From Opitutales bacterium (GTDB taxonomy: Bacteria > Verrucomicrobiota > Verrucomicrobiia > Opitutales > UBA2987): a stretch of DNA of 29,901 bases. Below are positions 1 to 9,748 of this stretch, piece by piece (position 1 is the stretch's first letter; the number at the start of each line of letters is the position of its first letter). Both the position numbers and the translations under genes were made by a program. The stretch spans positions 1 to 29,901 of the forward strand of contig CBDDEL010000004.1 of assembly GCA_965226885.1 (NCBI GenBank), given 5' to 3'. The notes under the pieces are model-generated. The model ran no database searches. It saw nothing but the letters and a program-made list of their open reading frames with translations, and was not told the origin of the DNA.

Positions 1-28
1 CAAATGGTTATAACTTTGGGACAGCCTC
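1..28. mobile_element. Terminal 28 bp of a MITE copy (cut by the window edge)
   Basis: caaatggttataactttgggacagcctc is identical to the last 28 bp of the 298-bp MITE. It is followed by TAGCTG and the next MITE. Confidence 0.85.
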
Positions 29-34
29 TAGCTG

Positions 35-332
35 GAGGCTGTCCCAAAAACCCGAATTTTGCGAATTGAGATATTCGACTCCGAACTGTAAGGGAACGTA
101 AGTCATTCAATTCCGTCAAAAACGCTGTATAAGGCCTCTTTTCGTTATAAATATAATCGCGTCAGACAGAGGTCTATGGTAGAATTGTATTTGAATATGC
201 AAAACAAGAGAAAGGCTGACGGTGTTATAGACATCGAAATTGCCCAAAATCCCCCAAAAACGGTCTTTATGACAGCTTTATAAACAAGTTAACTTACTGT
301 AAAACAAATGGTTATAACTTTGGGACAGCCTC
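35..332. mobile_element. 298-bp MITE (non-autonomous partner of the IS5/ISNCY-like element)
   Basis: TIRs GAGGCTGTCCCAAA / TTTGGGACAGCCTC. Flanked by TAGCTG direct repeats (29-34, 333-338). Near-identical copies at 2230-2527 and 20988-21285. No long ORF. Confidence 0.93.
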
Positions 333-397
333 TAGCTGGGATCGACGATGGGAAAGATATGGGATTTCAGACAGAGCTCTCAGGGCAAGGCTATTTA

Positions 398-2223
398 GAG
401 GCTGTCCCAAAAATATAAAGATTTTGTAGTCAACTAGATGACGTTTATAAAAATAGCCGGAAAGAGCATTTTTTTGCTCGATCCGGCTAAAAAAGGGTTC
501 TATAATTGCGTTAGCGAAAATCAATATAGCCCTTTCTATGAAAAATATAGCCATCCAATGCCTCCTGCGTCCAGCTTTAACTGTGGTCGACCGTTGCCTC
601 GATTACGATAACTTTCGCGCCACCATCGAGCGTATCGACCGGCTGCTGATCGATTCGGAGGTGGAATCGCAGGGCGTTGATCTGGCCTTGGAAAGAGGCC
701 AGCCAATGAGTGTAAAGGCCCGGCAAAAGCGGGCTAATTTTGCCCTCAAGGCGTTGCGTATGGAAACGCTGCGTTATCTGCTCGGTGGGATTTCGTTTCG
801 GCATTTGTCGAGGGCTCTGGGCAGCAGCGATCTGTTGGCTGACTTTTGTCGTGTCCGCCATATCGACGGCATAAGGGGCATCTCCAAGAGCACCCTGGAA
901 CGGGCCTCGAAGTTTTTCAGCGAAGAGCAGTTGAGGGCCTTGCACCGGACCTTGACTGAGGTTGTGGGCGATGCCGATCTGGCCCGGCAGGTGGTGGGAT
1001 TGGACAAGCCGATAGACACCACCATTTGCCTGATCGACGGCACCTGTTTGGAGGTCAACATTCATTGGCCGACGGACTGGGTGCTGCTCAAGGATGTAGC
1101 GGGCACGCTGCTCAAAGCGATCCGGCTGATCCGTGAGAAGGCCGGTTTGCGCCATCGCATGCCGATCGAACCGGAGCCCCTTGGCTCGGCAGATGAATCG
1201 GCTGTGCATACAGATGACCCACAGCCGGCGGCGAAAGGACAGCGCGCGGCAACGCAAGGGTATCTTGAGGCAGATGAAAAAGCTGCTCAAACGGATCGGG
1301 GAGCATGCCCGCAGTCACCGGGAATTATTGCAAGCCTGCTGGGAGCAAAGCGATTACAGCGAAAAACAGGTCCAACAGATCCTTACCCGGATGGAGCGCA
1401 TGAGCGAGCTAATCCCGGTGGTCATCAAGCAAGCGCACGAGCGAATCATTGGCGGCCGCCAGGTGAAAAACGCAGAGAAAAGTTTTGAGTGTTTACGAAC
1501 CCGATGCGCAGGTGATTGTGCGAGGCAAAGCGGGCCAAGAGGTTGAGTTTGGCAACACCCTGTTTTTGGGTGAAAGCGTTGAAGGATACCTGCTGGACTG
1601 GAAACTCTACGGCAGCCGGACGCCAAGCGAAAATGAACAAATGCAAGAGAGTTTGCAAAGACAGAACCGCTTCAACCTAGCCGAACCCATAGCGGCCATG
1701 TGCGCGGACCGGGGATTCGCCTCCCAGCGGGCCCGCCGGCAGTTAGCCCAGGAGGGCATCTACGATGCGCTCTGTCCACGCGATCCGAAGCAGTTGAAAA
1801 AACGGATGGAGGAACCACACTTCAGGCAATTGCAAAAGCGCCGGGCCAGCACCGAAGGGCGGATCGGGGTATTGAAGAATCGCTGGCAGGCCGGGCGATT
1901 GCGCAGCAAAGGCTTTGCCAACCGCTCGATCAGCGTAGCCTGGTCGGTCCTCTCGCACAATCTATGGAAAGTGGCCAAGATGCTGGCCCAGCAAGATGAA
2001 CTAAAAACCAAAGCGGCGGCCTAAATAAAGAGCGGAAAAGCAAGGACAATACTTTTTCACAGGCCTACTGTCGGCCCATACAAAGAAAACCAGGCAAACG
2101 GACCCCAAAACCAGAATCCTAACGTCATAGGAGAGCAAAGTCACCCCCTCCCAAAAGAAAATACCACTAAAATGAACACTCTTCAAAATCCCCTCGCAAA
2201 AATCACCCTTTTGGGACAGCCTC
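398..2223 (+). mobile_element. IS5/ISNCY-like insertion sequence, copy 1 (1826 bp)
   Basis: Same 14-bp TIRs and near-identical to copies at 9749 and 19157. Flanks TATTTA / TACCTA do not match each other. Confidence 0.92.
538..2024 (+). pseudogene. DDE transposase of IS copy 1, two +1 frameshifts
   Basis: Compared with the intact 494-aa copies there is an extra C in a C-run (~1177-1180) and an extra A in an A-run (~1478-1481). Could be sequencing error. Confidence 0.85.
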
Positions 2224-2229
2224 TACCTA

Positions 2230-2527
2230 GAGGCTGTCCCAAAAACCCGAATTTTGCGAATTGAGATATTCGACTCCGAACTGTAAGGGAACGTAAGTCA
2301 TTCAATTCCGTCAAAAACGCTGTATAAGGCCTCTATTCGTTATAAATATAATCGCGTCAGACAGAGGTCTATGGTAGAATTGTATTTGAATATGCAAAAC
2401 AAGAGAAAGGCTGACGGTGTTATAGACATCGAAATTGCCCAAAATCCCCTAAAAACGGTCTTTATGACAGCTTTATAAACAAGTTAACTTACTTTAAAAC
2501 AAATGGTTATAACTTTGGGACAGCCTC
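2230..2527. mobile_element. 298-bp MITE, variant copy
   Basis: Same TIRs and length. I see three substitutions versus the other full copies. Lies 6 bp (TACCTA) after IS copy 1 and is followed by TAGCTA. Confidence 0.93.
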
Positions 2528-2990
2528 TAGCTATGCTGTAAATTTTCTCTTGTTTCGATACATTGGCAATTAAAAGGGGTTTATCTTTCAACTTTTGAAA
2601 CATTAGCCCCACAAAGCCTTTCCAGTAATTTGTATCTTCAAACCTTTTGATAGGTATCGAAAGCTCCTGCATAAAACCCATGAGTTCAGTTTTTAGGCGT
2701 GAAATTCCAATCTGGTTGTTTATCTGATTCCATATATTCCCTGTGGCACCAGCAGATGCATTATGTGCGGCTATAGAACGAGTTAGTGATTCAAACATAT
2801 CGACTACAACTTTAGATCGCGTAATTTTAGGGTGAACCGCCCAATTGCAGTAAAAGTTTAAAGTTGGGTAATGCTTTTTCTTTTTATATTTTTCAAGAAG
2901 TTCACGAATATAGGTCATAAAGGCCTTCACGTTGCTCGTGTGTATTGGATTAAAAGCAAGAATTTCTAATATACTTTCTTTGGGGTTCAT
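2484..2990 (-). pseudogene. Low-GC hypothetical protein, 3' end replaced by MITE sequence
   Basis: 168-aa ORF whose last ~14 codons and stop (RGCPKVITICFKVS*) are read from the MITE end. The native C-terminus is not visible in the window. Confidence 0.6.
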
Positions 2991-3052
2991 TTATGGTCTC
3001 TTTTCTTGACTATTATTGGGTTCATTTATGGTCTCTTTTCTTGACTATTATT
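2983..3052. repeat. Perfect 35-bp tandem duplication
   Basis: gggttcatttatggtctcttttcttgactattatt x2, covering the start codon of the 2990(-) ORF. Confidence 0.95.
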
Positions 3053-3307
3053 GCGAGGATCATGGCTCAAGTGCATGACTTTTTTAAAGTTTGTTGGCAT
3101 AAGCAACTGGCGGCAAGGCCAAAGGGTGGTTTTCAGGGGCGTTCGCCTCAATATTTGAGGATTGATATGGGCAAGTGGAGGTAATTTTTAACTCATCCCA
3201 TTATTCAAAAAACCCGACCGGCCACTCCGGCCGTGGAGGAGACGTTTTGCTTGCGTGGGATTTATGGGCGATGCCTCACAATCGCGCGTCCATGGGCGTA
3301 GTTGAAG

Positions 3308-3371
3308 ATTCGCTCAGCCACCTTCCTGTCATCCACAACATTCGCTCAGCCACCTTCCTGTCATCCACAAC
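3308..3371. repeat. Perfect 32-bp tandem duplication
   Basis: attcgctcagccaccttcctgtcatccacaac x2. Confidence 0.95.
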
Positions 3372-3554
3372 TTTTGCTTATATCTCGCGCGATAAGGGAA
3401 ATCCCTCTAATAAATTCATTCCTCTTGCAGAGAAATTTCTCGATTGCTCTGGCTGTGAGTATTTCGTTCGTCGATTTCTGATTATCTTGGGGATCAACGC
3501 TGAAATCGTTTTTATATCGATTTCTTGTTTTTTTTAATCCATTTTAGAGGAACT

Positions 3555-3935
3555 ATGACTGTTTTTTTGCATACTCGGATTCGTGTGAGCGACCTGGACC
3601 GCTCCATTAAGTTTTATTGCGACAATTTTGAATTTCGGCTGATTAGCCGGAATGATAAATCGCCGGCGGGCAATATCATTGTCCATCTCGAGCTGCCGGG
3701 TAACGCCCACACCCTCGAGCTGACTTATTCGCCCGATTACGAGGTCAATGTGCCCGACGACCTCATGCACTTCGCCCTCGGGGTGCCGGACCTGATCGCC
3801 TATTGCGACCGCCTGGAGAAAAACGGCCTCGATATCTGGCCGGATGGCTGGAGGGAGAAATTTGTCTCGGGCCGGAAAATGGCCTTTGTTGACGATCCCG
3901 ACGGTTATGAAATCGAGCTGCTGGAAAACAAGTAG
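3555..3935 (+). CDS. VOC family protein (glyoxalase I / lactoylglutathione lyase-like)
   Basis: Motifs FLHTRIRVSDLDRSIKFY, LELTY, HFALGV and AFVDDPDGYEIELLE. AGAGGA ribosome-binding site before the ATG at 3555. Confidence 0.88.
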   Translation: MTVFLHTRIRVSDLDRSIKFYCDNFEFRLISRNDKSPAGNIIVHLELPGNAHTLELTYSPDYEVNVPDDLMHFALGVPDLIAYCDRLEKNGLDIWPDGWREKFVSGRKMAFVDDPDGYEIELLENK

Positions 3936-3953
3936 GCAATCGGGAAGGGCTGG

Positions 3954-5120
3954 ATGAAAATCAGTAATTACGAAATCTTCGTCCTGGGAACTCCCTGGCG
4001 AAATTTGACTTATTTGCGGCTCGAATTGGAAAACGGCGCCTACGGCTGGGGCGAGGCCCGCATCGTGGGCAAAACCCACACCGTGGTCGAATTCCTGAAA
4101 GAGGTTCGCCGCCACATCGTTGGGCACGATGTTTTCGACATTGAAGACCTCTACCGGCGCTTCATGCTGCTCGATTTCGGGGTGGCGGGCGAAGTAGCCA
4201 TGAGCGGCCTGGCCCTGGTCGAAATGGCCTCCTGGGATTGCATCGGCAAACTGGCCAATCTGCCGGTTTATAAATTGATGGGCGGAAAACTGCGCGACCG
4301 GATTCCCGCCTATGCCAATGGCTGGTACACGGTCGAGCGCATCCCGGAAGCCTTTGCCCAGGCGGCGGAAAAAGTAGTGGCAAAGGGCTATCCCGGGTTG
4401 AAATTCGACCCCTTCGGCAATGGCAATTTGGAGCTCAGTCGCGAAGAATTCGAACGGTCGATCGCACTGATCGAGGCTGTATATTCCGTAACCGGCAAGA
4501 AACTGCGAATTTACCTGGAGATGCACGGACGTTTTGCTCCGCACCAAGCCATCGAGATCGCTAAAGAGGTGGAAAAATTCAATCCCGCCTGGATCGAGGA
4601 GCCCTGCCGCCCGGAGGATTTGGGGGCTTTGCAAAAAGTCTCGCAACACACTCATCTGCCCATCGCCACGGGGGAACGCCTCTACACCGCCAACCAGTAT
4701 CGCGACCTTTTCCCCCTCCGCTGTGTGGACATTATCCAGCCGGACATCAATCACTGCGGCGGTCTTTTGGAGGTGAAAAAAATCGCCTCCACGGCGGAGA
4801 CATTCAACGTCATGGTGGCGCCCCACAATGTCGGCGGCATCATTTCCACCACGGCCGCCATCCACCTCATGGCAACCTTGAGAAACGGCAAAGTGCTCGA
4901 GCATTTCAACGATTTTGCGGATGAGATTGTGAAACAGGCCGGCCATCCCTATCCCGAAGTGATCGACGGCCATTTTTCGCTGCCCGAAGGCCCCGGCTGG
5001 GGAGTCGAAATCGACGTCGATTTCCTGAAGGAAAACCCCGCCGTTGTCATCGACGGAGTGATCCAGGATCGGGGCTTGAATATGTTCGTCGATCCCGACT
5101 GGAATTTACGGGATGGCTAA
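3954..5120 (+). CDS. Mandelate racemase/muconate lactonizing enzyme family, galactonate dehydratase-like acid-sugar dehydratase
   Basis: Motifs GWGEA, EMASWDCIGK..NLPVYKLMGG, KFDPF, EMHGRF, WIEEP, IATGERL, IIQPD and APHN. Substrate not assignable. Confidence 0.9.
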   Translation: MKISNYEIFVLGTPWRNLTYLRLELENGAYGWGEARIVGKTHTVVEFLKEVRRHIVGHDVFDIEDLYRRFMLLDFGVAGEVAMSGLALVEMASWDCIGKLANLPVYKLMGGKLRDRIPAYANGWYTVERIPEAFAQAAEKVVAKGYPGLKFDPFGNGNLELSREEFERSIALIEAVYSVTGKKLRIYLEMHGRFAPHQAIEIAKEVEKFNPAWIEEPCRPEDLGALQKVSQHTHLPIATGERLYTANQYRDLFPLRCVDIIQPDINHCGGLLEVKKIASTAETFNVMVAPHNVGGIISTTAAIHLMATLRNGKVLEHFNDFADEIVKQAGHPYPEVIDGHFSLPEGPGWGVEIDVDFLKENPAVVIDGVIQDRGLNMFVDPDWNLRDG

Positions 5121-5556
5121 AATTCCTGATATTTTACCCCATAACTACGGAATAAAAGATATATTTTATTTTTAACCGCAAATTACACAGATAAACACAG
5201 ATTTAATTCAAACAAGGATCGAAACTATAATAATAATACGTCGGCCTTGAAAAACACCTTAATCCTTTGGATATTAATGAATTAAGTTCAATAGCATCCC
5301 ATAGGAAATAACGCAAAACGGCTGGAATTGCTCTTGTTCGCCTGTTTCACTAGAAGCAGGTTACTATGAAAAAACAAAAAGCAAATCCAGCCAAGTGTAA
5401 AGTGTGCGTTCTGCAGCAGCTTTGCAATTTTATTCCGGGACATCTGGTGGCCAAGTTGGCCCGCCAATATGGTGTCGATAAGAAAGCTCGCAGTTTCAGT
5501 CCATGGAGCCATATCGTTAGTTTGCTCTATGCTCAGATCACTCATGCTATTGGGCT

Positions 5557-5588
5557 TAATGATGTCTGTGACTAATGATGTCTGTGAC
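5557..5588. repeat. Perfect 16-bp tandem duplication
   Basis: taatgatgtctgtgac x2, creating a stop and frameshift in the IS4 transposase. Confidence 0.95.
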
Positions 5589-6523
5589 GGACTCGCTCAT
5601 CACAGAGGGTTGCTGGCCAGTATCCGGGGGGCCAGCGCTCCCAGTCGCAACGGGCTTTCCTACGCCAACAAGCATCGCGATGCCGCGATGTCGGGAGAAC
5701 TGTTTTGGTCGGTGCTCAAGCACTTGCAGTCGTTGTCTCCGGGGTTTGCGGGTGGTAAATTCAAGGGGTTTCCCCGACGTTTCAAACGCGTTATTAACAT
5801 CGTCGATTCGTCCACTATCGGTTTGGTCGCCAACTGCATGGATTGGGCTAAACATCGTCGGCGAAAGGCGGCCGCCAAATGTCACTTGCGCCTGGATTTG
5901 AAAAGTTTTCTGCCCCGGTTTGCCATCATCGACACGGCCAGGGACAATGACGCCAAACGAGCCCGCGAAATGTGCGCCGCCCTCAAAGCCGGTGAAATCG
6001 TATTGTTTGACAAGGCCTACATCGATTTGACCCACCTCTTTGACTTGTCATCGAGGGGCATTTACTTTGTCACCCGGGCCAAAGAGAACATGGCCTTACG
6101 CTGTGTCAAGAGGCTGCTCAAGAAGCCCAAGGGCAATATTTTGCGCGATGATCTGGTGGTCCTTAAGAACAAAAAATCCCGTCAGGATTATCCCCAGCCG
6201 ATGCGCCGGGTAACGGCATGGGTGGAGATTGATGGCCAGTGGCGAGTGATGGTTTTTTTGACTAATAATTTGCAGTGGTCGCCCCATACGATCAGCGAAC
6301 TGTATCGCTGCCGCTGGTCCATTGAAACCTTCTTCCGCCAAATCAAACAAACGCTCAACTTGTGCGATTTCCTCGGCCATAGCGCCAATGCCGTGCGCTG
6401 GCAGATTTGGAGCGCTTTGCTGCTCTATGTGCTGCTCCGGTTTCAGGCCTGGTTGAGCCGCTGGGAGCATAGTTTTGTCCGCCTGTTCACACTTGTCAGA
6501 GGCGTGCTTTGGGATCGCTTTAA

Positions 6524-8523
6524 CTCATCTTCGACAGTTCAAAAAGTTAAAGGGCTTATCTAAGCGGGTTGAGGGTTAAATTTTACCGTTTTTCTCCACT
6601 ACATTTTGGATGATTTTGGAGCGGGTGGGCAGTTTTAGGCCCATTTTCTTGAGGAGGTCGGCACAGAGTTTTTCCGGTTTGCCTACCAGCCGTAAACGCG
6701 CTTCGCGTCCCCCTCGCAGCGGTGCCACCACGTCCATTGAGCGTAGATTCTCCAGTTCGTGCAACACTTGCCGCGCACAGGTGCCGAGGCCTTTGGCCTG
6801 CAGCCAGCTTTCCAGGGCGCGCCACATCGCCAGAGCCAGAAAACAGATCAGAATGTGCGCTTGCACACGCTTTTCTTTGTGGTGATAGACCGGCCGCAGC
6901 CCCAAGTCGCTTTTGGCGCAACGAAAGGCTGCCTCGGCCTGTGTCAGTTGTATATACCACCGCCACAGCTTTTGTGGGTCTTCCTCCTGGCAGTTGGTTC
7001 GCAGCAGATAGGTCCCGTGGGCCAGTTGGGACCAATCGGCTTTGCTCTCGTCTTCGGTGATTTGCAATGCGCAGGCCCGTCCGGCGGCGTCGATTTGCAC
7101 TTCTACGGTGAATATTTTTTCGGCCAGGGTGTGGCGGCCCAGCCAGCGGCCGATACGGCGTTCAACCGGATCGAGTTTCTGCCCTCGCCGACGCAAACTC
7201 AGGTCGATCTGGTCGAGCTTTTTGCGCAAACGCTCTTTTTGCTGGCTCAACATGGCGGCTTCTTTTTGACCCCGCCCCTGGCTGCGGCAAAGCACATATT
7301 GCTCGATCTGGGAACCGTCGGGATGTTTCACCAGTTTGACCTCCACCCCCGCCCGCACCTCGCAAAAATCGCCTTGCTCGAGTAGATCGAGGGCAAAGTT
7401 TTTGAGATGGCTCTTGGGCGTGCCCACGATGTAACGGGCCCCTTTGCCGCGCAGGTATTCGAGGTTGGCCTCGCTCATCATGCCGCGGTCCAGCACCCAG
7501 ATGCGATCGGCCACCCCGTAATGCGATTCCATCAACTCGACCCTCTCCTGCACCGTGGTCACATCGGCGCGGTTGCCGTCGAAAATCTCGTAGGCCAGGG
7601 GCAGCCCTTCGGGCGTCACCACCAGTCCAAGACATACCTGCTTGCAATCCGGCCGCTGGTCCCGGCTGTAGCCACGCTGGTCCTGGGCATTGCCCTCGCA
7701 CTGGCCCTCAAAATAGGTGCTCGTTATGTCGTATAAAAGAAACTCGAAACGCGTCCCAAACCAGCTTTCATAGCGTCCTTTAAGATGACTGAACAGTTCC
7801 CGGCGCAAGGGCAAGACACGATCCAGTCCGCGATACAAACGGTTGTCATAGACCTCATCCACATCCACCGCCATCAAATCCTCCAGCGCCGTCGAGCCAT
7901 ACCAGCGCTCGGCCAGAGCCAGCTCCGAAGCCTGTTCGCAAAAACGCCCCAGCGCCAGAATCGAGGCCACCTGGGCCCAGCCCACCGACTCCCGGCCCGG
8001 CGGCAAATGCTCCTCGAAGAAACGATGCAGCCCCAGCCGCCGCCACAGCGCCAGAGCCACATACACTTTGCCAAATTGACGCACCCGCTCCACCCGTATC
8101 CGACCCAGATTCACCTGCGCCCACAACGGAGCCTCCGGTTTATCCTCGGTAAATAAATCCAACTGCTCGGCCCCCGCAGCCTCATCATCGCCATCGAGGA
8201 GCCGACCGATCTGCTCCCAACCCAACCGCTCATCCTCATCGAGCCCCGGCTCCTTGCCAATGTGGGCCACGATGCGCTGGCGCGGCCCCTTGGCTGTGCG
8301 CACCGACTCCACCAGCGTCCAGTAATCATAATCCTGGCCCTTCTTACGACGACGATGGCGACGCAAATACATCAACACCGACCCTGCACTACTTCTCCGA
8401 AAAGGCAATAGAGTGGTCTGCACTACACGGCATATTCACACCCCAACCCTGACAACCATGCGCCCTACAGCACGAAAAACCCTAAAAATAATCGATTTAC
8501 CCCCCCCAACTGTCGAACTCAGG
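6524..8523 (-). mobile_element. IS1634-family element, copy 1 (2000 bp)
   Basis: Ends CCTGAGTTCGACAGTT / CTCATCTTCGACAGTT. TTAA duplicated at 6520-6523 and 8524-8527. Confidence 0.9.
6576..8372 (-). CDS. IS1634-family transposase (~598 aa from MYLRR)
   Basis: Motifs LLYDITSTYFEG, GYSRDQRPDCKQV, VLDRGM and AEAAFRCAKSDLGLRPVYH. The ORF track extends the start to GTG at 8423. Confidence 0.9.
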   Translation of the reverse strand: MYLRRHRRRKKGQDYDYWTLVESVRTAKGPRQRIVAHIGKEPGLDEDERLGWEQIGRLLDGDDEAAGAEQLDLFTEDKPEAPLWAQVNLGRIRVERVRQFGKVYVALALWRRLGLHRFFEEHLPPGRESVGWAQVASILALGRFCEQASELALAERWYGSTALEDLMAVDVDEVYDNRLYRGLDRVLPLRRELFSHLKGRYESWFGTRFEFLLYDITSTYFEGQCEGNAQDQRGYSRDQRPDCKQVCLGLVVTPEGLPLAYEIFDGNRADVTTVQERVELMESHYGVADRIWVLDRGMMSEANLEYLRGKGARYIVGTPKSHLKNFALDLLEQGDFCEVRAGVEVKLVKHPDGSQIEQYVLCRSQGRGQKEAAMLSQQKERLRKKLDQIDLSLRRRGQKLDPVERRIGRWLGRHTLAEKIFTVEVQIDAAGRACALQITEDESKADWSQLAHGTYLLRTNCQEEDPQKLWRWYIQLTQAEAAFRCAKSDLGLRPVYHHKEKRVQAHILICFLALAMWRALESWLQAKGLGTCARQVLHELENLRSMDVVAPLRGGREARLRLVGKPEKLCADLLKKMGLKLPTRSKIIQNVVEKNGKI

Positions 8524-8722
8524 TTAACCTGCGGGACTTGCTCAATTTCTATGGGACAGCCGGTGGACGCTTTAGAATGCGAGCGACTCCCCAGCAGGCC
8601 TATTTCCCTGGGTTTGGTTGAAAACCTATGGGACAGCACAAGGTGGCAAAAGCAATAAAAGAGAAACATGTGATAAAATTTCAAAAATCCGATTCCCCCA
8701 AAAGTCAAAAACTCACATTGAT

Positions 8723-8735
8723 TATCAATGTGTTA
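8723..8735 (+). promoter_or_regulatory. Putative IHF site near the IS4 right end
   Basis: TATCAATGTGTTA matches WATCAANNNNTTR exactly, ~33 bp inside the end. It overlaps the palindrome CACATTGAT-T-ATCAATGTG. Confidence 0.55.
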
Positions 8736-8768
8736 CGAAGCTTGCCTCGCCCCTATGGGATGGTATTA

Positions 8769-9395
8769 ATCCCGAACCAAGCTTTCATCCCCCAAGAAAT
8801 CAACCTCCACTATTCTATCATTTTCAACGGCTCTTCGGACCTTGAATTGGGTCAGAAGCCCTTCGATATCGGTCGTCTTCGCTTTGTCCGGCAACAAGAG
8901 GTAGGAATCCACGGACGCATCTGGATAGGCTGTTTTCAGTACATACGCTTGAAACGCTACATCTTCAACATATTCCCGCCATTCCGTTTCAATACCTCCT
9001 CTTTTACCACGGAATAAATGCCCATTTTGGTAGGCACTGGAGTCCCCGGATTTCGATTTCACTTCGATCAGATCAAAATGACTGCCCCTTTTAATTAGTA
9101 TATCGATCCTCACCAACATCCCACCCGAGGTAATGGCGGGTTCGAATATCGTGATATCCTCATTCTGAAGGAGTTCCCAGGTCTCCTCGATGGCACTTTT
9201 GGAGCGGAGGCTGGAGATCAATTTTCCGTCCGGATTAAGCAATTGGGCCATTTTACCAACGATGTGACCCCCGTTGGCAAGAAAGGCCAAGAAGGAGTCA
9301 TCCTCCATGGTCGAAGGGTAACCAGCTTTCTTATAGTAAAGCTTGGTCGGACAGTTCAGCGCCACTTTAAAATCAGATTTCGTCAGATAGTGCAT
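8769..9395 (-). pseudogene. N-terminal part of a PD-(D/E)xK nuclease protein (DUF2779-type), truncated by IS4
   Basis: Start YLTKSDFKVALNCPTKLYY, then RIDILIK...DLIEVKSK and DVAFQAYVL. The stop codon (8766-8768) is supplied by the IS4 terminus. Confidence 0.7.
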
Positions 9396-9748
9396 TTTGG
9401 GAAAATGGGTTTCTACTCCTATCTATCCACAGGAGTCAGCTTCGGGAATTCACGGGGGTAAAACCCAGGTTCGGTTGGATGGATGGAATTGCCACCGATT
9501 TTTCCGCATAAAAAATATCGGCTAAAGAATAGCTAACTCTCGGTTCAAGTTTAACCCCAATGCGTTGGGCTATTGCCATTGCTTCCTCTTTGTTGAGTAA
9601 ATTAAATTCCCTAAAGTCCAGCAGGCGGCCGTTTCTTGTAACTGCCGAATCCAGGTTGTTTATAGGTCGGTTTATGGTGCAAATGAATTGAAGCTGCAGG
9701 GCATCTCCCATGAATCCGTCGCCCAAGTTTAAAAAACCACCTAATCTA

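Larger units (their letters stand above)
5366..8621 (+). pseudogene. IS4-family transposase, frameshifted and interrupted
   Basis: Motifs IVDSSTI, LFDKAY and YRCRWSIETFFRQIKQ (YREK). A 16-bp duplication at 5557-5588 shifts the frame. Removing the IS1634-like element restores ...WDRFNLRDLLNFYGTAGG...AYFPGFG*. Confidence 0.9.
5289..8768 (+). mobile_element. IS4-family element with a nested IS1634-like element
   Basis: Imperfect TIRs CAATAGCATCCCATAGG (5289) and reverse complement TAATACCATCCCATAGG (ends 8768). About 1.48 kb once the nested element is removed. No matching target-site duplication (TSD). Confidence 0.85.

Noticed and set aside
197..283. 28-codon ORF inside the MITE (MQNKRKADG...)
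   Set aside because: Too short, with no clear ribosome-binding site or motif.
1..2533. Repeated GAGGCTGTCCCAAA palindromic junctions read as CRISPR or REP repeats
   Set aside because: They are fully explained as abutting TIRs of IS and MITE copies.
2993..3537. Short ORFs 2993-3184 and 3175-3537
   Set aside because: They run through tandem duplications and have no motifs, so they are probably intergenic.
3534..4973. 479-aa minus-strand ORF
   Set aside because: Antisense shadow of the VOC and dehydratase genes, with no recognisable motifs.
8549..8638. TGGGACAGC motifs resembling the MITE/IS5 TIR
   Set aside because: They lack the CTC terminus and a TSD, and fit CTATGGGA subterminal repeats of the IS4 end.
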